This document shows, piece after piece, positions 1 to 12,138 of a stretch of DNA of 64,000 bases. The notes below the pieces were generated by a model that saw only the letters and a list, made by a program, of their open reading frames with translations, was not told the DNA's origin and did not search any database. Position 1 is the stretch's first letter. Each line of letters opens with the position of its first letter. Made by a program: the position numbers and the translations under genes. Source of the DNA: Rhina ancylostomus (Eukaryota); assembly GCA_030265395.1 (NCBI GenBank), contig JARFYF010000029.1:37317577-37381576 (forward strand), in the 5' to 3' direction.

Positions 1-216
1 GAACTGAACTTTAAGAACCATTCCTGGATGTGGAGTTTGGGAATTTGCCACACACACGACAAGTTTAGTTAGTTTTTAGGAGTTTAACATTATTACTTCT
101 AACATTCTAGCACTTTTACTTTTATTTTACTTATTGTCATTAGTAGTTATTAATAAAGTAGTTTTTAAACACATATACATGTCTCGGTGTGTTTCTGTTG
201 TTGCTGGTAAATAACA
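1..216 (+). mobile_element. Probable 3' end of an LTR (solo LTR or LTR retrotransposon), truncated by the window edge
   Basis: T-rich tract, AATAAA at 152-157, then a GT-rich segment ending in ...TAACA at 216, the usual LTR terminus pattern. No internal domain visible. Confidence 0.4.
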
Positions 217-229
217 CCACCCAGACTAC

Positions 230-690
230 ATTCCAATGCATTTGATACTTTCAAGTGCTTCTCAAAAAGTGTTGCTCAATATGGAGTACCAATTCATCAA
301 CTTTGCAAGCACACTGATGGCAAATAGGAAGTTCTCTTTTGCCCATGTTTAACATGAAGCCAAGACATTACGAGGTCTGGACTCAAATGTTGAGGACTTC
401 CAGGGTTACTCCCTCTGATCTGTATATCATGGTGTCCCTTCAGTTTGGAAGGTCCTGGCAAGGAGAGCAGGATTGTGATGAACAAATCTGATACGTCATC
501 TGTAAGCTATGATGTTGCAAGTGTGACTATGCCAGCATGTTGCTTGATTAGGCTGTGGGACAGCTCTCTCAATTTTGATGCCAGCCTCCATGTGTCTGGA
601 AGGAGGACTCTGCAAGGTTGATTATGCTAGCACGATTGAATTTGGTGCCTAGGTCAATGCTAGCTAGTCCATTGATTTTGTTTATTTTGT
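230..690 (-). mobile_element. Degenerate LINE fragment
   Basis: Resembles the reverse strand of decayed non-LTR endonuclease-region sequence (ggctgtgggacagctctctcaattttg...aggaggactctgcaagg); no intact ORF. Recognised by eye only. Confidence 0.35.
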
Positions 691-899
691 GGACACGAGA
701 TCACTTTTCTCACTTTTGATCCATCAGACTGCCAGCCAAATCCTTCCTTGTGTTTGCAAATATCAATACACCCAAAATATAATTTTGAGTAGAGGTTGGT
801 TGGAACCTGGACTTGTAAGTTTACAAACCATTAAAGCATGCATGTGTTTGTTTACATTGCAAGTGAAGGAATTGTCACCAAGTTATTTTCAAAGCTCAC

Positions 900-1058
900 C
901 ATCACTTCCTCTGTGTTGGAGTAAATATCCATTCATAGAACCAGTCATAAGCTGATGGTGACTGCCAGCTTCTGATCGCCCATATCCTTCCTGATGATCC
1001 GACAGTGTTCCCTGGGATGATAAGTAGCTTGGGATATCTGCAGGCAAGTTTGTTTCAT
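900..1058 (-). CDS. LRIG3: LRIG3 exon 16 (cytoplasmic tail, proximal part)
   Basis: 159 nt; gtttcatag|AT...G|gtgagc; [53 protein letters not shown]. Not in the supplied ORF track. Confidence 0.93.
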
Positions 1059-2690
1059 CTATGAAACAAGAACAATTTTAACATCTGTGCAACTCTTGAT
1101 CATAAATAGTATATTAAAGTCTTCCAAATAAATTCCTCAAAGTTGCTTTAGTTCCTTTCAAGACACAGATGTTTCAATTATTTATGCCAAATGTTGCCAA
1201 TTACTGAACAAAAGTAATCAGGTCACTTTGTAAACTTAATTCTAACTTACTATAGAAATTAAAATTTTGTATAGTTCTTTTGCAGTAACTACCCAATTAN
1301 NNNNNNNNNNNNNNNNNNNNNNNNNNNNNNNNNNNNNNNNNNNNNNNNNNNNNNNNNNNNNNNNNNNNNNNNNNNNNNNNNNNNNNNNNNNNNNNNNNNN
1401 NNNNNNNNNNNNNNNNNNNNNNNNNNNNNNNNNNNNNNNNNNNNNNNNNNNNNNNNNNNNNNNNNNNNNNNNNNNNNNNNNNNNNNNNNNNNNNNNNNNN
1501 NNNNNNNNNNNNNNNNNNNNNNNNNNNNNNNNNNNNNNNNNNNNNNNNNNNNNNNNNNNNNNNNNNNNNNNNNNNNNNNNNNNNNNNNNNNNNNNNNNNN
1601 NNNNNNNNNNNNNNNNNNNNNNNNNNNNNNNNNNNNNNNNNNNNNNNNNNNNNNNNNNTGGTGGCAAGTAGTTTTAGTGTTAAGGGAGGGCTGAATCATG
1701 GTGGGGGATGGTTGTTCCTAATTAACATTATTCAGCCATGGATTAGTGGAGACGCACTGCAATTATATAGAGAAAAGTGAACTACAATTGGTAGTCACTT
1801 GAAAATGTCATGCACTTCAAATCCAAAGTGTTCAAATTCAAAACCCCAACGTAAATATTTCTCAGACAGGAGACTGCAGATGCTGCAACTTTGAGTAAAA
1901 ATCAAACTGCAGGTCAAGTAGCAAAGGGATAGTCGCATTTTAGGTTGTGAGCCCTTCAAATTTACCTTGTTATTGTAAGGATGCTTTAAAGAAACAGTTC
2001 TGCTTAATGAGATGAGCACCAATATACCTCAAGCTTGGGAATAAATGCAGAACATGCCTTTGTTTTTATAATGCTATAGTGAGTCATAAACATAGGTTCA
2101 CGTGATGAAAATTACCCTGGGATCGTTTCATATAAAGGGTGGGTAGGGGACAGTACTAACAAAGGGAAACAAAATATTTCTAGGAAAAAAATTACTGCTT
2201 CCCTTGATAGCTCAGCAGTTTAATCCAGCAAATAGCTAAACTATACGTGTCTAAACCTTAGCTCAATCACTGATCCATGCTGGCTTTAATTATTTCAGTA
2301 GGAATAATGAAAGGAACACAATCAGTCCCTGGATACTTAAGAGGGAAAAAACAAATCAGCCAGGATTCTCTTTCGTGTCAACTGGTGGCCCATCAAATAT
2401 TCATGTCTGAACATGAAATTAAGACAACTAAATTGGATTGTAATACTTACTGCAGTTGAACAACATGACAATACTTAAATAATCAGGTCCCACTAACAGA
2501 TGACAACCACTTTGCTTTTAGCATTCGTTTAATTACTGAAGCTGAAGGCAGGAGTCAGGAGAGGGGGAGGGGGGCAGGGAGCCAGCAAATATTTTCATTT
2601 GAAGTTAAATATTTTGCATTGATTTCATTCCTATCTTTCACTTGAAACTCAGGAATGGAAAAAGTCTGTTTTTATGCTTAAAATTCACAC

Positions 2691-3140
2691 CTGTGTTTGT
2701 CACACTGCAGTCCTCACTCTTCCTCCTTGTATGGTAAATAATAACTACCCAAACCAAAGAAGTGCCAACCACACAGCAGACCACTGCTATGATAACAATT
2801 CCAATGGTAGACCATCCGTCCTCTTCAAATGGTGCAGCACTTTGTGTAGAGTCACAGTTCGGTGTAGGAATGACATTCAGGCGAATGTGGCCCCGCTCAG
2901 TTCCAAGGGTATTTGACATTTCACATGTGTATTTCCCAGCATCATCCAGATTACTGTCTACAATAATCAACAGCTGATTTCCAGCAGCAAAGAAGTGTCT
3001 TTCAGTTACTGATAAAGGACTATCATCTTTGGTCCAGTTCAGTTTTGGAGGAGGACTCCCAGCTGCTATGCATTGTAGAACTGCAGTTTCACCTTTTGCC
3101 ACCGTTTTATCAACGAGAGGACGCACAAATGAAGGTGTTT
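2691..3140 (-). CDS. LRIG3: LRIG3 exon 15 (Ig domain 3 + transmembrane helix)
   Basis: 450 nt; aatacag|AA...G|gtgtga; [13 protein letters not shown]...[14 protein letters not shown]...[41 protein letters not shown]. Confidence 0.96.
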
Positions 3141-3374
3141 CTGTATTGAAAGTCGTTTGAGATTAATTTTTATATTTTTACTTGCATAGTTTTATCTTTA
3201 ATGTTAATAAAAGCAAAATATGCATTGTAAAATCTTCATTACTGTGTAGTCAAAGTACAAAAATATCCAAGCTCAATATTTTAAGATTAAAAGTATTATA
3301 TTTTCAACTGGCATAAAACTACAATTTAAAATTTGTTCCACTCAGTCAAATGACAACATTATATTTGGACTCAC

Positions 3375-3656
3375 CTAATACAGTTAGCGTTGCATTGGCT
3401 GAAATAGCTCCAGCGCTGTTTTGAGCAGTGCAACTATAAATTCCAATGTCCTCTATTTTCACATCTACAATAAAAAATACATCATCTTCTGGCATAACAT
3501 GCATCCTTCGCTCTCGTGCAGCAGGAAAGTCAGTACCACCATCTTTCTGCCAAGCTATCTGTGGTGTAGGATGCCCAACAGCAGCACATTCTAAACGGGC
3601 CATAGCTCCTGCTCGAATAGTGAGGTCTGTTGGTGACTTTGTGAATGATGGTAACA
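3375..3656 (-). CDS. LRIG3: LRIG3 exon 14 (Ig domain 2)
   Basis: 282 nt; tttgcag|TG...G|gtgagt; [30 protein letters not shown]...[21 protein letters not shown]. Confidence 0.96.
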
Positions 3657-4113
3657 CTGCAAAGCACAACAAAAAAAATAATGAATTACCAAATGGTTTG
3701 TTGGTGTGTCTACTGTACACCTCAATTCTACACAAGACCACAGCTTTAACTTCTCAACTACAAATAGCCTAATGAAATGGAAAAGTGTTGGAAACATAGG
3801 TTCAAGAGAAAGATAGGTAATGATGTTTCAAAAGTCAGGTAGTGGCATTCTCAGCATTGTAAAGAAATTTCTTTGAATACTTGATGGGGGCATTTTATTG
3901 ATTGTCTTTAAACACACCTACATGTCTATTCTATCTGAGCTATTTACACCTATAGAAGGCTATGAGATGACTCAGTTTTCATTTTTTTTTTAAAGAGACC
4001 ACCANNNNNNNNNNTCTTCATTACTTGCTGATACATATACCCTTTCAAGTGTTGTCCCTGTTAAAAACATTCCAAACTATGATACCAAAATTGATTTGCA
4101 GCTCAATACTTAC

Positions 4114-4434
4114 TATTCACAGTCAGCTTGGCTTTGTTGGAGTAGGATGAACCAAAGTGGTTGGAAATGACACACTGGTATTTTCCTTCACTGCTGAAAT
4201 TTACATGTCGAAGACGCAAGATGGTAGTATATTCCATTACTTCACCACCTTGAGATCGAAGATGTGCATAGTTCTCAATCTCAGCATCATGAAGCACTTC
4301 ATTGTCTTTCTTCCAGGCAAATGTCATTGGAGAATCACTGCTGCTGGCTGCTGAGCAGATGAAGCTCACATTTGAATCCTTTACAGCTGCTTGTGTTTCA
4401 GGCTGCTCAATGATCTCAGGTTTGGGAAAGTCAT
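4114..4434 (-). CDS. LRIG3: LRIG3 exon 13 (Ig domain 1)
   Basis: 321 nt; ctcacag|AT...A|gtaagt; [40 protein letters not shown]...[22 protein letters not shown]. Confidence 0.96.
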
Positions 4435-4645
4435 CTGTGAGGAATTATTTTTCAGTAAGTTTAAGTTTGGCAAAAATAAAAACTTGTGCAGAAATAACAA
4501 TATCAATAGAAAGCTATTTTTTGCAGTGTTTGGATTAACAAAACAGTTGGAATCATTCACATTGATCATACATTTATCTTTGCTTAAGTGATTTAGAAGA
4601 TTTAATTTGCAATTTTTTTTTAAAAATGCAAAGCTCATAACTCAC

Positions 4646-4809
4646 CACATACAAAGTCTTCCGGTTTAGTGGCAAATATACTTTTTCCTTTCAGCCACTG
4701 GGGATGGGCACAACTTGCATTAATGAAAGGTTGAAATCCATGGTCTATTGCCCACTGGTGCAGCCATTTCAACTGACAATCACAAAGGAGGCTTGAAGTA
4801 TTCAAGTAT
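4646..4809 (-). CDS. LRIG3: LRIG3 exon 12 (LRRCT)
   Basis: 164 nt; ttctcag|A...G|gtgagt; YLNTSSLLCDCQLKWLHQW...CAHPQWLKGKSIFATKPEDFVC. Confidence 0.95.
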
Positions 4810-4987
4810 CTGAGAAATAAGAAGTGTTCAATATTACTCAGTTGGAATGAGGCAAAAAGCCAAAGAAAAAAAAAATCAGTCTGCATTGAACTGCACAATA
4901 TTTTGGATATCTCTTGCAGCTTTACATAACCTCTAAAATAGTTACACCCACTTCATGTTACAGAAAGTCTGCAAGTATCTCACTCAC

Positions 4988-5059
4988 AATTCATGAAGTT
5001 TCTTCATCTGAGAAAAGGTGTTGCTCTGGACAGACATGATTGCATTATTGCTCAGATCA
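4988..5059 (-). CDS. LRIG3: LRIG3 exon 11 (LRR)
   Basis: 72 nt; ttttccag|T...TT|gtgagt; DLSNNAIMSVQSNTFSQMKKLHEL. Confidence 0.94.
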
Positions 5060-5661
5060 CTGGAAAAAATACAGAATGGTACACTAATTAAAAATAACAT
5101 CCTCCACAGGTTTCTATTAACTTTAAATATCTATATCAGTAAATTTTAATTCAATTACTGTTGCCCAACTTAAAATTGGGCATTAAAGTTATTAATTTAC
5201 TCATAAGTACCTTGCTCTGCCAAAAGGCCCTAAACCATCAATATACTTATGCAATAACCAAAATTAAAGCAAACAGGTAATTAGCTTAGGTCATGTTTTC
5301 ACCTCTTTTTTATGCATCATACTCAATGCGAAAATTACAACTTATTTATCAATACATAAGCACAAGTCTACCACCATGTCTCCTGACCACTAAATGACTA
5401 AGAACTTATTGATCTGTCTTATTTATATTCAACAACTTAGTACCCTCCAAGTAAGAGGAATCTAAAGATTTGCAACCTTCCTGATAGACAAATTACTCAT
5501 CTCAGCCTAACTCTCAACTTGAAACTATGCCCTGGACATTCCAAAGAAAGGAAACATTATATCCTCAGTCCATCCTCCTTAGATCCTTGCAATATCAAGG
5601 TCACTTCTCATTCTTCTAAACTTAACTAAAAGGTCAGATTTCTTCAGTTGCTCAACCCCCG

Positions 5662-5662
<1 letters not shown>

Positions 5663-5735
<73 letters not shown>
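5663..5735 (+). repeat. Poly-G run adjoining an N gap (probably a sequencing artefact)
   Basis: About 70 uninterrupted G running directly into Ns. Confidence 0.6.
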
Positions 5736-5977
5736 NNNNNNNNNNNNNNNNNNNNNNNNNNNNNNNNNNNNNNNNNNNNNNNNNNNNNNNNNNNNNNNNN
5801 NNNNNNNNNNNNNNNNNNNNNNNNNNNNNNNNNNNCCCCACCCCCAACATATTCCAGGAATTGATCTTGTAAATCTATATGGTTGAGATGCAAACTCCAG
5901 AGTAGCTCAAATATGGCCTCAAAGTCAATTGACTTAAGTGCTCAACACCATCTGTGCTAGAATTCCAGAATACTTAC

Positions 5978-6049
5978 AGATGTTCAAGTGCATCCAGACC
6001 AGAAAATGCTTTCCGTGTGATTGATCTGATTCTGTTTCCTTGTAATCCC
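5978..6049 (-). CDS. LRIG3: LRIG3 exon 10 (LRR)
   Basis: 72 nt; ttcaccag|G...CT|gtaagt; GLQGNRIRSITRKAFSGLDALEHL. Confidence 0.94.
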
Positions 6050-6695
6050 CTGGTGAATAAGCATTTAATTTAATAAAGAAACCAAAACAGGCATATTTGA
6101 ATACAATAAGTAGCAGAATCAATTTTTCACCAACTAAAATCTCCCTTTCTATATTCTAACAGTACACTTTTTGGCAAATGATCAAAACCCTTTGCAAAAT
6201 ATCACTAGAGCATTGTGGTATTAACAGTTAAAAGTGGTCAATTTTGAAACTAAAATCTACCAAGCAAATCTATGATTTGAAATCCAACTTTATCACGAGC
6301 CTTGTTTGCTCTGATCAGTCAGATTCGGACATTTTTGCCTGACTATTATTCCGGTACAGTCTTGACCTTTAACTTTAGGTTTTCAAAGCAGTGCTGGGGG
6401 CTCTAATCCACACCCCCCCACCCCCCCCACCACCATTTCAATAGCATTGAATTGTATGGCTTTTTCAGGCTGCCCTGATCAAAGTGCATCCTCAAGCACA
6501 TTTCCTTTCCTCATCCCACAGAGTATTGGATTCTCAATATTTTCCACACCAAAGGGCTCACTGAGCCAGAAATAATTCTCTTCAACATTCTGAAGTCACT
6601 TCTTGATTTAACTTTGCACATAAACAAAGCTCACATGCACAAAACACTGAATCACGTAGGATGTCTCCATTGGAGAAAAACTAAAGATCACTTAC

Positions 6696-6776
6696 AATTT
6701 CCTTAGTTTGCTCAATTCAGAGAAAGCCCCATTCATATCTTCAATAGTCCATGAGATTTCATTATTTTTCAGGTCT
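6696..6776 (-). CDS. LRIG3: LRIG3 exon 9 (LRR)
   Basis: 81 nt; ttgacag|A...TT|gtaagt; DLKNNEISWTIEDMNGAFSELSKLRKL. Confidence 0.95.
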
Positions 6777-8114
6777 CTGTCAAGTGTTTTGGGAGGGGGC
6801 AGGGCAGGGCAATGAGCAAGGTGTGGGGAATAGGAAATGAAGAGAGAATAAGCATTTCACAAAATACTGATTTTTAATTTCAGTCAACTTGACAAAACCA
6901 TAAAAAAAGAACTCATCTGTTTCAGATCTGTGTCATATTTTATATTATATCAAATTATTATTATAAAACCAAATTTTGTCACATGCCACAATATATTGAA
7001 GACAAGATTTACCTTCATCTTTATTCATTATTAGCTTTACCCAAAACTTGATAATCAGTCATAAACAGCACATTTTGTTTTTGAAACAAAACCACTTATA
7101 AAAGCTTCTACTGTCTAGGAGGCATTTTGAAAGTCCTTCCAATCCACAGTTGGTAATTAATCTCCAGAATCAATAGTTATTCAGAAAACAGCTCGATTGT
7201 ATAGATCCTTATTAATTCTTGTTGTAAAAATCCATCCATAATTGCAACAACTTGAATTTCAACAACTCAATTTCTACCATTGGCATCTCAGCTACTCTAC
7301 TCTGCTGGGCTGGTTAGTTGAAAAGGTCAGTTCCTCAAGTAACCTTCACTAGTTCGTTATACAATTGCACTTTAATGGGACTAGGATTATTCCATCCCCA
7401 TCACTGCCAAAGAGGTTTCAAGCTTTCAGAACTACACCATTTATGTTCAATTGGCACTTTTCAAATTTAGTTATGGGTAATTTTATCTACAGGTCTGTAT
7501 TCAATGGATAAAGAGTTTTCAAACTACTCTAGATGCAGAAAATAATGGTTGTACATAATACTGCTGCCCTGCAGTGGTCCTGACCTGAGTACTTGTGACT
7601 CTTTCCCACTACCAACAAGTTGCACACAGCTAGCAATATTTTAGCATCACCTGACCCCCTTAACCTGAAGCTTGCCAATGCTAGAGTACTTCACAAAAAT
7701 GCTATCAGGCTGATGATGATAATATGGCTTTGAAATTCTATTGTAACATAATTGAGATACAGGTTATGATTTAAGCTGCTTCTGGATCCTGCATGCATGG
7801 CACAGAGGCATCCAATTGCAGAGGTAATTTTTTTCCTTAGTAAGTTCACTTGAGCATGCAAAGCCTGCTTATGGCATACCTTCAAAACAAATGGTACAAA
7901 CATTTAAAGAGTATGCACCAAATGACAGCATGCAAGCACAATGCTTACAAAGAATATTTCTTGACACCAAAGTCCTTCTTCATGAAAACACAGTTAGTTG
8001 TAATTAAAAAGATATTCAGACTTTCCATCTCGTAAAAGCAAGCAAATGTAGTTCAAAATATATATCATTAAGCTATATACAACAAATAAGGAAAACGAAA
8101 CAAAAAAAACTTAC

Positions 8115-8258
8115 AGACTGTGTAAACTGGATAGTCCTCCAAAGGCACCATCAGCAATGTAACTCACTTGGTTATTTCCTATATATAACTGGCCAAGCAG
8201 GCTCAGACCAACAAAGCTGGAATCCTCTAGACGTGTTAGCTCATTGAATGAGACATCC
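8115..8258 (-). CDS. LRIG3: LRIG3 exon 8 (2 LRRs)
   Basis: 144 nt; ttgacag|G...CT|gtaagt; DVSFNELTRLEDSSFVGLSLLGQLYIGNNQVSYIADGAFGGLSSLHSL. Confidence 0.95.
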
Positions 8259-10222
8259 CTGTCAATGGGAAAATAAAATAAATTTAGCATTTCATACAGA
8301 AGGTAAAATGACTATTGCAAAATTCATATCCAGTATACTTAAGTAATCAAAAATCCCACTTTTCCCCAGTCTGTTAAGTTTATCTAGAGACAGTTATAGT
8401 ACAAAAACTAGGTATAAACAGGTTGGATTTCTGATCCAGTCATTCAGCAAGACAGCATGGAGAATCTGGTGTGGACAGGGTTATAGTTGATTGATATTTG
8501 ATGGCCATCAAGAGGAAGATACACATCTCTACCCTGGTACAGATGTTCCATGCTTATGGGAAGACTTCCTCATCACTCCATCCAGCATTCAAATAACCTG
8601 CAGATAATTATTGTCCCAGGTCATTAAATGACAGCAAATTATAGAATTCCTTCAGAGGAGAACTCAGAATATGGCTGATAGAAACTTCAATGTTTAGAAG
8701 TCCCAGTAATATCTAATTGACCAAATTAAGATTGATTTCTTTAAATCTCAGTTTAACTACAAGGGCTCAAGCTTAGACTGCAGCTGTACACTAGGGTCTG
8801 TTTTGTACTGTAGTAGCAGTGAGCCAGAAAGCCTGAGTTTTGCTTAAAGCCCATTGCTAGAATATATTCTAAATTGCCCCTGCAGGTCTCATTCATTCTT
8901 GCTCAGTGGAACCAGAAAGCTGCTTTTATTTGCTGCATTAAATTAGATCCAGTCACCTTTATTATACTATTGAATCAGTATCATATAGCAGGGCCACAGA
9001 CTTGTAGACCCAGTTTTACCAGCTCCTGGAATCCAAATTAAAAATGTGTGCATATTAAGGTGCCAGTTCATTTCCAGGCAGAGTGGGAAAACCACCCCAA
9101 TTATCAACGTGGGAATATTAGAAGTGAAGCAAATCATTATTATGGATAGGTGGACAGGATGGATCAATGGTCATTCTATGCCTTGAACTGTTAGTAATCT
9201 TTGCACTATTGTCATTTGATAAGAATTGGTAACATTTTACTGTACTTCTCCCACTAGGGCAGAGAAGTACGAAGAAGGTGTAGGCTGCTAAGTGATGACC
9301 ACACCTGAAGACTTGCTCAAAATGAACAGCCATGGAAATCCCAAACTGGCAACCTGTAGAGTTCTGGGGTCACATGGCTCTGGTGAGTGAAAGCATCAAC
9401 TGGATGCTTCTCTGGCAATGACATACTTCATACCAACAAAAGTCTGCTGGAGTTCATACCCAAAAAGGGCAAAGGATTTTCCTGAGTTCTCCCTCTCTTG
9501 CATACAGAGCTAATCTAGTACATTTTAAAAAGCAAATAGTCAACAATCAACAGCAACACTTGTTCTCAAATCTGTGCACTTTAGAGCTTTATCCTGAGGA
9601 GGTCACTGTTATTGCAACTAAAAAAATTATCCAGCTTCTTGATACTTCTTACCAAAGGCCACAAGTTAAGCAATGTTATTGAAAATAAGTAAATTGACCT
9701 TACAAACTCTACCAACATATCAGTAAAATCCTTCGAGGTGCTTTGCAGCCAAATGTAGACAACTATACAGGAGCACAGTTCCATAAAAAGCAAGAGAGAC
9801 AAATTTGCTTTTGATGGTATTGATTGATGGAGTACTGTTGACCATGAAATTAAGAAAATTCCTGTTTCCCTTAATGCTGCTATGCATGTGAGCAGGCAGG
9901 CAGAGCTTCACTAAATGCAAGGTACAAACCACTGCATGATTTGTATGTTTTTTAGCTAGATTCCTAGATGTTTTCTAAATCACTGGGTATTAAATTACCA
10001 ACAAATCTCATTTGAGAAGACAGCTCCAGAATTAAAAACAACAAATCTCACTCCACCACAAAACCAACGAGTCATTTGTGGTTTTGAAAGAGATCTTGCA
10101 TCTCATAAGAAACACTGCTTTGGTCATCCTCAAAATCTTTATATAAAAGAAATCCCAATCACAAAGCTAACATTTTGGCATTATGTGCACAAAGAAACTG
10201 GAATGGAATAAAAGGTACTCAC

Positions 10223-10366
10223 AGCTCACTGAGTTTTTGGCAGAATTCCCAGGCATCTGGGTTGATCTTGCTGATGGCATTCTGGCTGAGATTAAGTTGC
10301 TGCAACATCAGCAAGCCATATAACCATCCTTTCGTTACTTCTGTCAAATTGTTAAAATCTAGTTGT
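10223..10366 (-). CDS. LRIG3: LRIG3 exon 7 (2 LRRs)
   Basis: 144 nt; ttttccag|A...CT|gtgagt; QLDFNNLTEVTKGWLYGLLMLQQLNLSQNAISKINPDAWEFCQKLSEL. Confidence 0.95.
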
Positions 10367-10763
10367 CTGGAAAAAAATTAGTAAGAAAAAAAATATTAGT
10401 TTGCATTAGCCCAAGAGAGAGGTTTTATTGGTCTTTTACCCGTTTGTCAAGCAGTTAAAAAGCAATTTAAACACTGAGGCCATGTGGCTGGACTCTCTGG
10501 AATGAAAGTCAACTGCCAAAGCTGCGAGGCCAAAAAGGTAGAAAGCAGCTCATTTTACAAACAAGTTTTTACATATTTTGTTGAACCAAGAACTTCTTTG
10601 TTTAAAGCAAAACTTTGGTTAAAACTATAGTGAAGCCATCTATAGCTTGTGAACACCCAAACAAAATCATTCACTACATCTAAAGATTTAGAAATTAGTT
10701 CTATTTTGGGCTATGTTATTATTATTCATATACAAAGATTAAATAATTAAAAACAGTTCTCAC

Positions 10764-10907
10764 AAGATCTCGATGTTGCTCAGTCCCCAGAAAGCTCCAT
10801 CCATGAGCTTACTAATACCATTTCTTTGCAATCTAAGAGATTTCAAAGCACTAAGTCCTTGAAATGCAAGGCCATCAACTTTTTTAATTTTGTTGCGGCT
10901 GAGTTCC
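10764..10907 (-). CDS. LRIG3: LRIG3 exon 6 (2 LRRs)
   Basis: 144 nt; ctgcag|G...TT|gtgaga; [48 protein letters not shown]. Confidence 0.95.
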
Positions 10908-11084
10908 CTGCAGCAAGACAATAAAGAAATATTGATCTTACAGCACAACTATTTCTACTTTAAAAGAAAACTAAGTAGGGGGAGGGGTTTGAAAGGGTTG
11001 TTGCAGGAAAAGGACCATTCAGTTAAATCAAAAATCCATTTGAAATTTAGTACCTGTTCTAACTTTGGTACAAAATGAACTTAC

Positions 11085-11228
11085 AAGTGCTGGAGATGTG
11101 GTAGTTTAAACATCTTGGAAGGAATAGCTGAAATTTTGTTCCTGTTCAGTTTCAAAACTTGTAGAGTATTGGAAAGATTGTCAAAGCAACCAGGATCCAG
11201 AGAAGTTATTTTGTTATTGTTGATATAC
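11085..11228 (-). CDS. LRIG3: LRIG3 exon 5 (2 LRRs)
   Basis: 144 nt; gtttag|G...TT|gtaagt; YINNNKITSLDPGCFDNLSNTLQVLKLNRNKISAIPSKMFKLPHLQHL. Confidence 0.95.
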
Positions 11229-12009
11229 CTAAACAACATCACACTTTTGGTTACATAGCTGTAAGTATTTCCAAGAGGCATTTATAGCACGTTTATTGAA
11301 CAAATCTAATCTTATTTCTGAATATGGCCAATGGCTCTCTACCTATCCATTCTCAAAATAAATCCAGCCTTTTCGGCAAGGCAAAGATCAACCAGCCCAG
11401 CATCCTTGAGTGCACATCTGTATCCTGCTTAAATGGAAGAGCATCCTTAAAAAAACTAACAGTTTTGTTAAATATTAATTTCAATAATACTACATTAGAA
11501 ATACAGTTTTTTAAATATAAAAAACTCAACTCAAAAGGAGCCATGACCAAGCCCTTGTTATCTGCTCTCCTGTAACTTTAACGCCCTTCAGTCCTGCTTA
11601 AAACCCTCCAATCTATGCTCTCAATCATGCAGTCTGGTGTGGCCTCTACCAAAGCATTCCTTGAAAACTACCTCTCCTAACCTCCATCTTTCTGATATTG
11701 TGTTAATAACACCAAGAAACCCAGGATATTATTCTACATTAAATACACAATAGACAATGAATTCACATTGTAATTGTCATTACAGGTGCTAGAGGAATCT
11801 CAGTGCAGTAACTTTTCTTCCAAAAGAAAAGTTAGGAAAATCAATTGATTTACAAGCTGAAAAGCTACTAAAGATATGTCATTGTGAAAACATACTCCCC
11901 CTATACTCAAAAGATTTTTCTGCTTAGTGTTAAGAACTACCTCTGTGCTTAAGCTGAACTTCTACAGCCTGGCCAGAGCATACATTTCAAACTATCTCAA
12001 TATACTTAC

Positions 12010-12138
12010 AGATATCGAAGTTGTAGAGGAGGAAACTTTGTCACTTCAAAAATCTGGTTGTTACTGAGATCAAGTGTTTCCATGGATTGAAATGGCATCA
12101 ACTGTTCAGATAGCACTTCAACAATTTTGTTATTAGAT
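12010..12138 (-). CDS. LRIG3: LRIG3 exon 4 (LRRs)
   Basis: 129 nt; ctctgcag|A...CT|gtaagt; SNNKIVEVLSEQLMPFQSMETLDLSNNQIFEVTKFPPLQLRYL. Confidence 0.94.

Noticed and set aside
1242-1699. Long ORFs here and at about 20.9, 29.3 and 50.9 kb
   Set aside because: They consist almost entirely of N-derived X residues.
2674-4591. Plus-strand ORFs overlapping exons 13-15
   Set aside because: Antisense shadows of LRIG3 coding exons with no recognisable domain.
5579-5893. Poly-Pro and poly-Gly ORFs
   Set aside because: They come from a poly-G run abutting an N gap, likely a two-colour sequencing artefact.
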